64,000 bases of DNA from positions 4,337 through 68,336 of the IMG/VR virus record IMGVR_UViG_3300013126_000026; one strand, 5' to 3'. This stretch comes from a virus. The position numbers were made by a program, and so were the translations under genes. The notes under the pieces are model-generated. The model worked only from the letters and a program-made list of their open reading frames with translations, was not told the DNA's origin and made no database searches. The stretch's first letter is position 1, and every line of letters starts with the position of its first letter. This document shows positions 1 through 9,720 of this stretch, in pieces.

Positions 1-3
1 GCT

Positions 4-32
4 ATTATACACCCATGTCCATTTATTGTCAA
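4..32 (-). promoter_or_regulatory. sigma70-type early promoter, TTGACA(ATAAAT)-N17-TATAAT
   Basis: Minus strand TTGACA 32-27, 17-nt spacer, TATAAT 9-4; the same motif recurs through the window. Confidence 0.75.
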
Positions 33-40
33 CCGTAGGA

Positions 41-349
41 TTATTGGGCAGAAATTACCATAGGACAACGACCATCTACTGTGGCACTTGGGCCTTGTGG
101 ACAAACAGCCTTAGTGCGATCAGTACCACATTTGGGGCAGACCCAACCTTTAGATTCTTCAACTCCGAAATGTTGTTTAATCTTGCCAACATAGGTGCTG
201 GCAGGCTCACGCTGATCCACAGCAGTTCCCACAACACCAGCACATTCCCGCACAATCAACAAGGCAAACTTTTCTTGATTAAACCAAGCAGGTTGACTTT
301 GCGATTCTTCCCAACAATGTTCGGCAAGTTCTCTAATTCGTTGGTTCAT
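41..349 (-). CDS. Hypothetical phage protein (MNxRIR...KFAxLI...HFG paralog family) with C-terminal CxxC
   Basis: ORF; shares motifs with 4016, 4344 and 22339. Confidence 0.7.
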   Translation of the reverse strand: MNQRIRELAEHCWEESQSQPAWFNQEKFALLIVRECAGVVGTAVDQREPASTYVGKIKQHFGVEESKGWVCPKCGTDRTKAVCPQGPSATVDGRCPMVISAQ

Positions 350-711
350 ACTTGACTCGCTGCCTTATTGGCTCGTTCTTCATCACTCATCTCAAAATCT
401 CTTTGGGCACGATCCGGTTGACGCAGTTCATCATATTTTGATCGTTCTGGATACTGTTTCTGAACAGTCTTGACCACTAACCATGTGACAAAAGCCATGC
501 TGACAATAGCCAAATGACCAAACACATTATAGCCAAGATAAATTATTTCGCCAGTGTATAAAGTAAATGCCAACGCCCAAAAACAGGCTAACCATATACT
601 GACAAGGTATTTGATCTGCATGGGTGCATTTTTCAAACCATTGAAGTTGGGATCCAGCAGTTGCCAAAAGGTCTTGAACAGCAGGCGTAAAAATTTTAAT
701 AAACCTATCAT
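346..711 (-). CDS. Hypothetical membrane protein
   Basis: Two hydrophobic segments; ATGA overlap with the next gene. Confidence 0.7.
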   Translation of the reverse strand: MIGLLKFLRLLFKTFWQLLDPNFNGLKNAPMQIKYLVSIWLACFWALAFTLYTGEIIYLGYNVFGHLAIVSMAFVTWLVVKTVQKQYPERSKYDELRQPDRAQRDFEMSDEERANKAASQV

Positions 712-713
712 GA

Positions 714-791
714 TTATACTCCAAAAACAAGAAAGAAAATAGGAATGCCTATTACAGCAAAGGCAAGAAGAAGTTTAGTCAACTCACTCAT
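714..791 (-). CDS. Small hydrophobic peptide MSELTKLLLAFAVIGIPIFFLVFGV (25 aa)
   Basis: Read manually; fills the gap between genes; below ORF-track cut-off. Confidence 0.5.
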   Translation of the reverse strand: MSELTKLLLAFAVIGIPIFFLVFGV

Positions 792-800
792 AATAATATT

Positions 801-881
801 CTACAAGAAATAACCGTAGTATACACTACAGAAAGCGATAGTGCTAATAACAATCAGCATGATATTGTCTTTATAATCCAT
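801..881 (-). CDS. Small hydrophobic peptide MDYKDNIMLIVISTIAFCSVYYGYFL (26 aa)
   Basis: Read manually; AAGGAG Shine-Dalgarno upstream. Confidence 0.55.
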   Translation of the reverse strand: MDYKDNIMLIVISTIAFCSVYYGYFL

Positions 882-884
882 GTA

Positions 885-1055
885 TTACTCCTTTTTAGTT
901 TCAGGTTCGGTTTTAGGGTTACCACAGAGGTCTGGGTAAAAGGTTTCATTACAGACATTGGTTACAGCATAGTGCTTGTCTTTTATAGTGTACAAGCCAA
1001 TACCAATAAGTACGGGTAGCCCAAAGGCTACAAATGCTGCAATTACAAATTTCAT
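885..1055 (-). CDS. Small membrane protein (56 aa, MKFVIAAFVAFGLPVLIGIG...)
   Basis: Read manually; N-terminal TM segment. Confidence 0.6.
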   Translation of the reverse strand: MKFVIAAFVAFGLPVLIGIGLYTIKDKHYAVTNVCNETFYPDLCGNPKTEPETKKE

Positions 1056-1062
1056 AATAAAT

Positions 1063-1359
1063 TTACTTTAAAGATAAAATATATGTAGCCAGGGTTTTAG
1101 CGTCAGCTTCTGTGACCTGTGGGTGCGGAGGCATAGGAATCTGACCCCAGTTGCCAGCCCCACCTGCTCTAATTTTTGCTGCCAATTTGGCAGTCATAGG
1201 CTGACCACGATACTTGTCTGCGACCATTTTGTAAGATGGGCCAACCAATTTCACAGCAGTTTGATGACAGGCCGTACAGTTGTACTTTTTGAGCAGTGCT
1301 TCGTCTGCTTGAGCAGATAAGGGCAATACCAGTAAAGTTGATAAAAGTAATTTATTCAT
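1063..1359 (-). CDS. Class I cytochrome c (c551/c552-like)
   Basis: Signal peptide, CTACH haem motif, VGPSY, WGxIPMPP with axial Met. Confidence 0.92.
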   Translation of the reverse strand: MNKLLLSTLLVLPLSAQADEALLKKYNCTACHQTAVKLVGPSYKMVADKYRGQPMTAKLAAKIRAGGAGNWGQIPMPPHPQVTEADAKTLATYILSLK

Positions 1360-1401
1360 AATGTCCTTTGTCTATGAGTTTGTCTAAATAAAGATTATAT
1401 A

Positions 1402-2034
1402 CTATTTAACTCCACTTGCCAAGACGATTTGGGCGATATGTTCGAGGCGTTCTATATGCTCAAATGCCCGCCAAGGTGTAGTATCAATGCTGACCACGCC
1501 GTGTCCTTTTATGCCCACAATGTCATAGGCTATGTTGCCAAATTCATCAAGTTCAAGGGCTTTGTGGCAATGGTCTGCCAGTTCTTGACTAATTGGTGCT
1601 ACATCTCCCACATTAGGGGCTACCTTAGTATAACGGCTAAGTTCAGGAAAGTCTTTTACCAAATCTTTGAGCATAATACCACGGTGCATGGCTGCTATGG
1701 TATAGGTAGGGTGTAGATGAACTACTACACGAATGTCTTCTGAGTGCTGACCCAACTGACGCTGTAGTCCCCAATGTAGTGGAAGTTCTCCACTGGGCTT
1801 GAGATTACCACTTATATCATCTTGTTCTATTACTTCGGGAAATTCTCTTGTACCATTGTTAGCAATACGAATTTTCTTGAACATATCGTATTGTAATTTT
1901 TGTTTGCGTACACCACTAGGTGTGATATAGAAATGATTTCTATCGTGATATCTTATACTAAGATTACCATCACGACTGGTAATCCAATTACGATGATATG
2001 CTTCTGTAAGCACATCACAGCAGGTTTCTAACAT
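1402..2034 (-). CDS. Class II aldolase/adducin family protein
   Basis: DGNLS, ITPSG, PSGELPLH, VVHLHP, GHG motifs. Confidence 0.9.
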   Translation of the reverse strand: MLETCCDVLTEAYHRNWITSRDGNLSIRYHDRNHFYITPSGVRKQKLQYDMFKKIRIANNGTREFPEVIEQDDISGNLKPSGELPLHWGLQRQLGQHSEDIRVVVHLHPTYTIAAMHRGIMLKDLVKDFPELSRYTKVAPNVGDVAPISQELADHCHKALELDEFGNIAYDIVGIKGHGVVSIDTTPWRAFEHIERLEHIAQIVLASGVK

Positions 2035-2049
2035 AATGTCTCCCTATGT

Positions 2050-2346
2050 TTATTTTTTTGTACTTAGTTCTTGACTTAATTGGCTTTCCTCACCTGCTCC
2101 CAGAACGCAGGCTGTACGACCTTTAAATTCTATAATAGTCCAACCTGTGGTTTCTTTATTATAGAAAATACTAAAGGTGTTATCTTTATTGTCAACTCCC
2201 ATCCAAAAAGGTTTTTCCTTATAGTCCTTGCCAGTAAGAGTTCTAATGACGTTTTCAGTTTCAGCACACACCACGACCTTATAGGCAGTTTGTTGAGCCT
2301 TAACAGATAAAGGAATAAGTAAAGAGCAAATAAGTAAATATTTCAT
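2050..2346 (-). CDS. Hypothetical exported protein
   Basis: Signal peptide, two Cys. Confidence 0.65.
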   Translation of the reverse strand: MKYLLICSLLIPLSVKAQQTAYKVVVCAETENVIRTLTGKDYKEKPFWMGVDNKDNTFSIFYNKETTGWTIIEFKGRTACVLGAGEESQLSQELSTKK

Positions 2347-2522
2347 CAGGAAAATAACTTTAATATAATAATAAATCCTTCGGCAAGACTATTGAATTTT
2401 GCTATATTTACTTGCATTCGTCCGTTTATATAAATTTCCTTAGTCATCTTAATAGACCATTTAAACCCAACAACCTTGGGCAGTCATACCAGCGTGATAC
2501 ATTAAACTTTCAAACCTATCAT

Positions 2523-2729
2523 TCATAGTTCGACTCCACAAAGTTCGGTGCCATCAGGATATTGATCCCAGGCTCTACATTTTTCACTAACTGGATCTAC
2601 TAACATCCAATTCCACAAATCATCTTCAATAGACCATTTTACATACTGATCTTTGGCAATTTCATACCATCGGCCATCTTTAGGTGTTTTAGCAAACGAA
2701 TTTGTTTGTGTTACCTCTTGGTTCATCAT
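2523..2729 (-). CDS. Hypothetical protein
   Basis: ORF in gene-dense run. Confidence 0.5.
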   Translation of the reverse strand: MMNQEVTQTNSFAKTPKDGRWYEIAKDQYVKWSIEDDLWNWMLVDPVSEKCRAWDQYPDGTELCGVEL

Positions 2730-2756
2730 TCAACTCCGAAATATTCTCTTGATTGT

Positions 2757-3371
2757 TTAATCTTTTGTTGATTCATTATCTTCCTTTAAATTTATGCTAG
2801 CATTAAAAGCTATAGAAATCCTATCTTCATCATATAAATTTGGTTCAACATAGTGCACTAAAAAGGCAGGAAAAATGTAAAGGTCGCTTATATTTGGTAC
2901 ATATCTAGCAGTTGAACTTACAAACTCATTGTAATCAATAATTGTGTCAGGATTAATATGGTATTGAAAATTAGTAGCAGGATGTTGAAATACAATACCA
3001 CTTCCATTAGTTTTACACTTTATGTAATAAACTCCCGAAAATGTTGCTCCAGGATGAACATGCGGTCTATTAAAGCCTGACTTAGGATTAATATTTATCC
3101 ATAAATTATCTATCGATATATAAGTTTTTTCATCTTTAAACTTCCAAAATTCTGCCACCTTTTCTACATGGTATCGTATTGTTGTAGCGAGTTTGGCAAC
3201 TTCTTCATTGACTAAAGTTAATGATTGACTTTGCCAAGCTCCTACATTACTATTAGTTGCAGCTTTAGTAGAATTTTTTAATTGGTAGCTATAAGCTATT
3301 AATTTCTCATTGTCAATATTGTCTAAATTTGTATAGGCAAGGAAACTAGTAAAAAAGGTTTCAATCTTCAT
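2757..3371 (-). CDS. 2OG-Fe(II) oxygenase (TIGR02466-like)
   Basis: WIN, HVH, SGVYY, FPxxLxH, RISIAFN. Confidence 0.88.
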   Translation of the reverse strand: MKIETFFTSFLAYTNLDNIDNEKLIAYSYQLKNSTKAATNSNVGAWQSQSLTLVNEEVAKLATTIRYHVEKVAEFWKFKDEKTYISIDNLWININPKSGFNRPHVHPGATFSGVYYIKCKTNGSGIVFQHPATNFQYHINPDTIIDYNEFVSSTARYVPNISDLYIFPAFLVHYVEPNLYDEDRISIAFNASINLKEDNESTKD

Positions 3372-3383
3372 AGTAATTTTATT

Positions 3384-4019
3384 TCATAATTCTTTTAAAT
3401 CTAAATTTAGATATTGAGTGCCTACTCCCATTTTTCCTTTTACAAAAAAATTAAATGCTACAGAATATCTATCAATAGTTGATTCGTTTTTAGTCACTCT
3501 ATGTGGCAATACAGATGGAAATAGAAATATATCATTATTTTTTGGTACTAAAGATAATTCTCTACCATTGTAAATATTATACTCAACTGATTCAAGTCTT
3601 ATTGTATCATAACGTCTAGGAGTTTCAAACATAATTTGTCCCGAATCTGGGGTAGTTTGTAAATAAGCTACACCACTATATAGAGCATTTTCATGTATGT
3701 GTGAATCACACTTATCCCCCTGTTTATGTTTATTAGCCCAAGATGTTGTAATTTCTAATTCTAAATTATCAGAAATTCTGAGAATATCTCGGAAATACAT
3801 TTTAGAACATAACAATATAGAATTCCTAAAATTACTTAAATTTGATAGATTTAAAATTGTCATACTTTTAGTGGTATAGCCACCACTATATGACTCCTCA
3901 TATTCTAAATCTTTTATAAATTCTAATTCATCCTGTGTAAAATTACATGTTGATTTAAAAAATGGATATCCAAACAAGGGTAACACATTGTCATTCATAA
4001 TGCTTCCTAGTTTGTTCAT
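3384..4019 (-). CDS. 2OG-Fe(II) oxygenase (TIGR02466-like)
   Basis: SWAN, HIH, SGVAY, FPSVLPH, RYSVAFN. Confidence 0.88.
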   Translation of the reverse strand: MNKLGSIMNDNVLPLFGYPFFKSTCNFTQDELEFIKDLEYEESYSGGYTTKSMTILNLSNLSNFRNSILLCSKMYFRDILRISDNLELEITTSWANKHKQGDKCDSHIHENALYSGVAYLQTTPDSGQIMFETPRRYDTIRLESVEYNIYNGRELSLVPKNNDIFLFPSVLPHRVTKNESTIDRYSVAFNFFVKGKMGVGTQYLNLDLKEL

Positions 4020-4252
4020 TCTTTTATTCCAAAATGTTTTTTTATTTTATTGGCACTGCGTTGGTAAAACTTCAATTCTACATCATAGTCTATCTCAGGT
4101 GCCATTGGATCAGGTTCTAAACTAAGTAAACACTCTTGAATGATAGCCTGAGCAAATCTATTTTTAGCAATTTCCCATTTATCATGATCCGTTCCCAAAC
4201 CATATACATCAATACGGCTATGTTTGGCAATTTGTCTTAATCGTTCGTTCAT
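4016..4252 (-). CDS. Hypothetical protein (MNxRIR paralog family)
   Basis: RFAQAIIQEC...IKKHFG. Confidence 0.7.
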   Translation of the reverse strand: MNERLRQIAKHSRIDVYGLGTDHDKWEIAKNRFAQAIIQECLLSLEPDPMAPEIDYDVELKFYQRSANKIKKHFGIKE

Positions 4253-4343
4253 TATACTTTCTTATTAAGTATAAATCCAACAAAGTATATAAAAAAGGCT
4301 TTGCCTGCCCTCATCATTTGCTTGTAATAATATTTACGGTAGG

Positions 4344-4556
4344 TCAATCTATTTCAAAATGTAATTTAGTGTTCCAAACAGCATCACCCAATCGCAATTT
4401 ATTATCATAAGCATGTTCCATAATACGGATACAGTCAGCAACAATTAATTCGGCGAACTTTTCCATCATATGATCTTGGTAATCGCTAGCATAAAAGTTT
4501 TGATTATCTGCCCATTGTTCAGCCTTATTGGCAATTAATCTAATTCGTTCTTTCAT
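4344..4556 (-). CDS. Hypothetical protein (MNxRIR paralog family)
   Basis: EKFAELIVADC...KLHF. Confidence 0.7.
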   Translation of the reverse strand: MKERIRLIANKAEQWADNQNFYASDYQDHMMEKFAELIVADCIRIMEHAYDNKLRLGDAVWNTKLHFEID

Positions 4557-4738
4557 AAAAATTTCCTATACTTAAACCAAGTCTTTACAGGCATCTGTAT
4601 CTTCTAACGGAAGTTTTTTAATATTGACAATAGTTTGGTTGAATAAAGTAGTAAATTCAGACCTTGCTATATCTTCATTTTCACAGGTGACAATATAATC
4701 TACATCAATACCTGTAATTACATATAATGCCTTTTCCA

Positions 4739-5008
4739 TTATTTGTCAACATAAGTAAAAAGTATCCACTTAGCACGATTGAGGGTTTGGCGAACATCCT
4801 CAACCACCATAAAATCGTAGGTCCCACCATTGTCATGGGCAAGCATTTCCTGACAATTGCTCATTAAACTAGCAGCATACATTGCCGGGCCACTGAAACG
4901 GAAAGTAAGGCTTTGTTCTACAGCCTCACGCATTTCAGGCTCAGTACACCCATACATGCGGACTTCACGCTTTTGTTGCTCGGTCATAGTTGCGTAAGAT
5001 ACAGACAT
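4739..5008 (-). CDS. Hypothetical early protein
   Basis: ORF directly downstream of an early promoter. Confidence 0.7.
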   Translation of the reverse strand: MSVSYATMTEQQKREVRMYGCTEPEMREAVEQSLTFRFSGPAMYAASLMSNCQEMLAHDNGGTYDFMVVEDVRQTLNRAKWILFTYVDK

Positions 5009-5041
5009 TTATTACCCCGTTTGTTTACTGTCAATGTTGCT

Positions 5042-5070
5042 ATTATAGTACCAAACCCATTTATTGTCAA
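5042..5070 (-). promoter_or_regulatory. sigma70-type early promoter
   Basis: TTGACAATAAAT...TATAAT, 17-nt spacer. Confidence 0.75.
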
Positions 5071-5108
5071 GCCTGTAGTATCTTTAACTAATATTATTTT
5101 CTTAATTA

Positions 5109-7616
5109 TTAGCCTGCTGGTGTACCATATGCAAAAATTGGGTCGCTTGGCCCGGCGCTAACTGCATAATAAGCATTACCTTGTTGATTTGTGTTATTAA
5201 ATCCAATTTGCACTGGACTATTTACATTTGCCATTGCACCTCCACCAAGACCAGAATACAGCACCCCATTTCCCCAAGCATACAAGGTATTATCTGATAA
5301 AATCCCAACCACCATGCCGTTATTTCTGGAAGCAACTGCTACCCAGCTACTTGACCCCACTTGTACAGGGCTGCTTACAGCAGAAGCACCACCAGTACCC
5401 AATGTTACTGCCGCTCCCCAAGTAAATAATTTATTATTAGCATCTATACCTTGAGAACTACTGGCGCTGCCATTTACAAACTTCCATATATTATTGCCTA
5501 TTTGTGTAGGCAAGGTTTTTGAGCTTGCTGTTCCGTCACCTAATGACCCTGACGTATTCGTTCCCCAACCAAATAATAATCCATCCATGCGTATAACCCA
5601 AGCCCCCGTCCCTCTACTTGAGACATATTGCCAATAGTCAGTGCCAATCTGCACTGGGCTGCTTCTGTCTGTCAACGTTCCGTCACCTAGTGCTGCCCCA
5701 TTGACAGACCTGCCCCATGACCACAAGGTTCGGTCTGATCTGATAGCATAAGTAGTATCACCTGTGCTAACCATATTCCAACTGCTAGAACCAATCTGAA
5801 CAGGGCTACTTTGATTAATTTGTGTCCCGTCACCCAATTGTCCGTAAAAATTATTACCCCATGCCCATAGTGTAAAGTCGTCACGAATAGCAAGTACAGA
5901 ACCTGAAAGACCTGTACTAACCATTTTCCAACTGTTAGTACCTAATTGTGTAAAGCTACTGCTATCGGTAGTGGTCCCATCTCCTAATGAACCAATTGAG
6001 TTTAATCCATAATTCCATAAAGTGTTGTCAGATTTAATAGCCTGAACTGTAAAAGGGGACACTGTAGTTTGTATACTTTTCCAAGTAGTTGAAGGAGTTA
6101 AACTATCAAACATACGAGTTAGCTGTCTTAATTGTGGTATAGAATTCTGTGTTATCTCTGTCCAAGTTGTATATAAGGATGTAGTTGATGTCATACCAAT
6201 GGCTAGTGGGACTGACCCTGCCAAATAAGCAGTAGAGTTTAAATCAGAATAAATAGCCCCACCAATATTGCCAGAACCCGTTGAAATTCCTGAAACAAAT
6301 TTTACATTTGAAGCAACTTGCGTAGGTATACTAACAGATACAGTATCTCCTGTACCCAACTGATATGTTTGGTTAGTCCCACATACATATAAATCATTAT
6401 TACTATCAACCATATATGATCTTTGCAAAGCCAGATTAGGACGAAGAAATACTGTTTTATCACTATTGGCTCTTATCCAATTATTTGCCGATCCCATTTG
6501 CACTGGGACAAGATAACTTAAAGTAGTATTTTGTCCTTGCCCTAGTTCATAACTTGAGTTTTGTCCCCAGCCCCATAATGTTCCATCATCTTTTACCGCT
6601 ACAACATGTGAATCTGCTAGTCCAACGTCTACCCAATTGCCTGACACTTGTACTGGAGTACTTGAATTTGTAGTATTACCTCTAGCTAACATACCTACTA
6701 ACCCTGATCCCCATATATATAATTGATTTTGATCATTTATCGCAGCCATATTAAATTTACCAGAATTTACAGTCACCCAATTATTTGCTGATCCTACTTG
6801 AACTGGACTGCTGTATGAAGTAGTACTTCCTACCCCCAAAACGCCACTTGTTCCTAACCCCCAAGTCCAAAGTGTATTATCCGATCGTATAGCTCCAGTA
6901 AAATTAGCACCACATGAAACCATATTCCAACTACTTGTTCCTATTTGTACAGGTGAACTAGCCCACGCTGTAGACCCTGTACCCAGAACACCATTTATTC
7001 CATTTCCCCAAGCCCAAAGCAAATTATTATTGTCGATAAATAGCACCGAATTAATAGATGTGGAATATTTTTTATAACTATCATCAGTTGATGTAGTAAC
7101 TTTACCAGGTATTTGTATAGGATAGGGTTGGGTCCCAGGTGCGATTGATGTGCTTCTAAAACTAGAGAAACCTTGAAAAATTCCATAGTTAGCAGTAAGA
7201 GAATTACCAACTATATTACCATAGTTAAAAAGATTCCCATTTGTGTCAATAAAATTTAACTGGCCTCCTGAGGATAAAGTCTGTGTAGGAAATCTGATAG
7301 GTACTTTAGGCACTTGAAGTGTATTATAGGCATCAGGGGAGGCTATTGCCACGTCGGTGAACCCAAACACTGTGTAAGCAGATATGGCAGGGACAGGAAC
7401 TGTCCCTGCCGCAGCAAATAATTGTCCTATATCAGATCCTACACTGGTAGAAAAAAAGTTAGTGGTTCCATATGCTGCCCCTGCGCTAGCTGGAGCATAA
7501 ACACTACCTAAATCATTACCTTGTATAGTGAATCCTGTATTTGCTCCTGGGGTAGCGTTACCAATTGGATCTAATAAACTATCTAAATCTATGCCATTTA
7601 CTGAATACCCAGCCAT
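5109..7616 (-). CDS. RCC1/BLIP-II repeat beta-propeller protein, probably virion- or tail-associated
   Basis: Many 'LWxWGxNxxGxLGxG...SSPVQ(I/V)G...W' repeats. Confidence 0.9.
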   Translation of the reverse strand: MAGYSVNGIDLDSLLDPIGNATPGANTGFTIQGNDLGSVYAPASAGAAYGTTNFFSTSVGSDIGQLFAAAGTVPVPAISAYTVFGFTDVAIASPDAYNTLQVPKVPIRFPTQTLSSGGQLNFIDTNGNLFNYGNIVGNSLTANYGIFQGFSSFRSTSIAPGTQPYPIQIPGKVTTSTDDSYKKYSTSINSVLFIDNNNLLWAWGNGINGVLGTGSTAWASSPVQIGTSSWNMVSCGANFTGAIRSDNTLWTWGLGTSGVLGVGSTTSYSSPVQVGSANNWVTVNSGKFNMAAINDQNQLYIWGSGLVGMLARGNTTNSSTPVQVSGNWVDVGLADSHVVAVKDDGTLWGWGQNSSYELGQGQNTTLSYLVPVQMGSANNWIRANSDKTVFLRPNLALQRSYMVDSNNDLYVCGTNQTYQLGTGDTVSVSIPTQVASNVKFVSGISTGSGNIGGAIYSDLNSTAYLAGSVPLAIGMTSTTSLYTTWTEITQNSIPQLRQLTRMFDSLTPSTTWKSIQTTVSPFTVQAIKSDNTLWNYGLNSIGSLGDGTTTDSSSFTQLGTNSWKMVSTGLSGSVLAIRDDFTLWAWGNNFYGQLGDGTQINQSSPVQIGSSSWNMVSTGDTTYAIRSDRTLWSWGRSVNGAALGDGTLTDRSSPVQIGTDYWQYVSSRGTGAWVIRMDGLLFGWGTNTSGSLGDGTASSKTLPTQIGNNIWKFVNGSASSSQGIDANNKLFTWGAAVTLGTGGASAVSSPVQVGSSSWVAVASRNNGMVVGILSDNTLYAWGNGVLYSGLGGGAMANVNSPVQIGFNNTNQQGNAYYAVSAGPSDPIFAYGTPAG

Positions 7617-7694
7617 TTATAATCTCCTGTAACATTATGTTACAAGTATTTATTAACATTAGGGCAAAAATATTCAAAAAAAAACTATTTAGAA

Positions 7695-7853
7695 TCAGTA
7701 CTTTACAATACGTAAAAATTGATTTTCTGATGGTTGAAGATAAGTATATGCCTTATTAAGTGCTCCTGCCCTACTATATGAACTTACAGTGAATTTGACA
7801 ATTAGTTTGTTGCTGTCATATTTATCAACTAACTCAACTAGATACTTTGTCAT
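7695..7853 (-). CDS. Small hypothetical protein (MTKYLVELV...)
   Basis: AAGGAG SD before the internal ATG of the track ORF. Confidence 0.5.
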   Translation of the reverse strand: MTKYLVELVDKYDSNKLIVKFTVSSYSRAGALNKAYTYLQPSENQFLRIVKY

Positions 7854-7907
7854 AATTGTCTCCTTGTACAGTAGCAACCTGTATATTAAACGAATATTTA
7901 TTACCTG

Positions 7908-8501
7908 TCAAGATTCACGACTATCAATAATTTTATCTACCAATCCAAAACTTACAGATTCTTCGGCACTCATGTATTTGTCACGCTGTGTTGCGGCAAT
8001 TAGTTCTTCCTCAGTTTTTCCTACTGAGTTATGCTTAACATAAATTTGAGTTAATGTGGTATTAAGTTTAATCATTTCTTCCATTTGAATTTTAGCATCC
8101 CATACTGTACCTCTAGAACCGCCAGAAACTGAATGTATCATATGGCGAGCATTAGGTAGAATATATCGTTTACCAGTACTTCCTGCTTGTGCTAACAAAC
8201 TACCCATACTACAAGCTTGCCCCATTACAATAGTGCTTACATCTGGTTTAATAAATTGCATGGTATCATAAATCGCAAGACCTGCGGTTACGCTACCACC
8301 TGGACTATTAATGTATAGTTGAACATCTTTGGAACTATCTTCACTTTCCAAAAACAATAATTGTGCTACAATAAGATTTGCCATTTGGTCATGTACTTCA
8401 CCTTCAAGCAAAATCACTCGATCCCGTAATAATCGGCTGTAAATATCGTAGCTACGTTCGCCTTTGCTTGTCTGTTCAAGCACCATTGGTACCAAAGTCA
8501 T
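7908..8501 (-). CDS. clpP: ATP-dependent Clp protease proteolytic subunit
   Basis: [19 protein letters not shown] (catalytic Ser), MIH. Confidence 0.97.
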   Translation of the reverse strand: MTLVPMVLEQTSKGERSYDIYSRLLRDRVILLEGEVHDQMANLIVAQLLFLESEDSSKDVQLYINSPGGSVTAGLAIYDTMQFIKPDVSTIVMGQACSMGSLLAQAGSTGKRYILPNARHMIHSVSGGSRGTVWDAKIQMEEMIKLNTTLTQIYVKHNSVGKTEEELIAATQRDKYMSAEESVSFGLVDKIIDSRES

Positions 8502-8538
8502 AAGATTCCTTTTAAATTAATATCAATAAATATTATAT

Positions 8539-9630
8539 ATGAGATACTACGAAATTAAAAATCTTTTGGAAGAAGTAAACAAGGACGAAACCCCAGGGGT
8601 AGCACCTGCGCCCGTAACCAAGCAACAAGTAGAGCAAATACTAAGAGCCGCAGGATACGAACAGTTTAAAATAGCAAGAAATAAGATTAATGTTTTGGTT
8701 CAAATCCCCGATGGTCAGAAAAAAGCGGAATTTCGTAGTGCTATCCTAAGAGAAATATTAGCTACATTACAGCAAAAACTACCTGAGGGTGATGCTGAAT
8801 TTACTACTGACCCGGGCGTAAGTAGTATAGGCGGTATTGTTTTCACAGATAGTCCTGTTAGTGTAGTAGTCAAAGACGTTGGTAAACAAGGTGATCAAAG
8901 TGCGGGTGTAGCGAACGAATTAGAATTAGCTAGTTTATTACAATCAGTAATTGAAAAATACGGTAGCGCAAACGTTAGTTTTGTAGATGAACGCGGTAAA
9001 CGCATGACCATTAAAAATTGTACTAATGTAGATGTAGCCGGCCGTGACACATCAGGTCGTAAAAAAGCAGACGTTGTATTGACTAGTGAACGAGGATCAC
9101 TTCCTATTAGTATCAAAAAATTAGATGCTGACATGTGGGAAAGTGCTGACAATTTGTTTGGTGAACGTGCTAGAGGAATATTAGATAAACTAATCGCTAG
9201 CGGAGATATTAGATTAAACAAGATTGGTGACAGAAAAATGAAGACAGGTACCGTGCCTGTTTATGAACTAAGCAAAGAAATCGTCATGGAACCTACTGAA
9301 GAAGAAGCCATGCAAGCGATCTTTGGTAGTGATTTAAATCCTAAAGGCGGTGTTGTCATACAAACATTCAAACCCGAGCATTTTAAACAAGTTGACAACA
9401 ATATCACAGTGGATGCCCATGCGGTTATCACAAACAAGGCTGAAATTCCTGAAAGCCATTTAATGGTTTGGTTATTACGCAACGATAGCACACGCAATGG
9501 GGGTAGCTTAGGTATCGCCGGTATTAGACCACTGGGAGTTACATTAACTCGCGGTATAGGTAAGACCGGTAAAAAAGATGTTATTCTGGTTGATGTAAAC
9601 GGAAACGTTGTTAAGAATCCTAATATTTAA
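8539..9630 (+). CDS. Hypothetical protein, possible PD-(D/E)XK nuclease fold
   Basis: E...KADVV...ISIKK motif spacing; ATAAATA upstream. Confidence 0.6.
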   Translation: MRYYEIKNLLEEVNKDETPGVAPAPVTKQQVEQILRAAGYEQFKIARNKINVLVQIPDGQKKAEFRSAILREILATLQQKLPEGDAEFTTDPGVSSIGGIVFTDSPVSVVVKDVGKQGDQSAGVANELELASLLQSVIEKYGSANVSFVDERGKRMTIKNCTNVDVAGRDTSGRKKADVVLTSERGSLPISIKKLDADMWESADNLFGERARGILDKLIASGDIRLNKIGDRKMKTGTVPVYELSKEIVMEPTEEEAMQAIFGSDLNPKGGVVIQTFKPEHFKQVDNNITVDAHAVITNKAEIPESHLMVWLLRNDSTRNGGSLGIAGIRPLGVTLTRGIGKTGKKDVILVDVNGNVVKNPNI

Positions 9631-9720
9631 CATTTATCAAAGTTTTGTTTAGCGAACCACCTACGCATCATGTGTGCTCGTTTTAATGATATACCATAAA
9701 TACAGGAAAGTTATGAGTTG

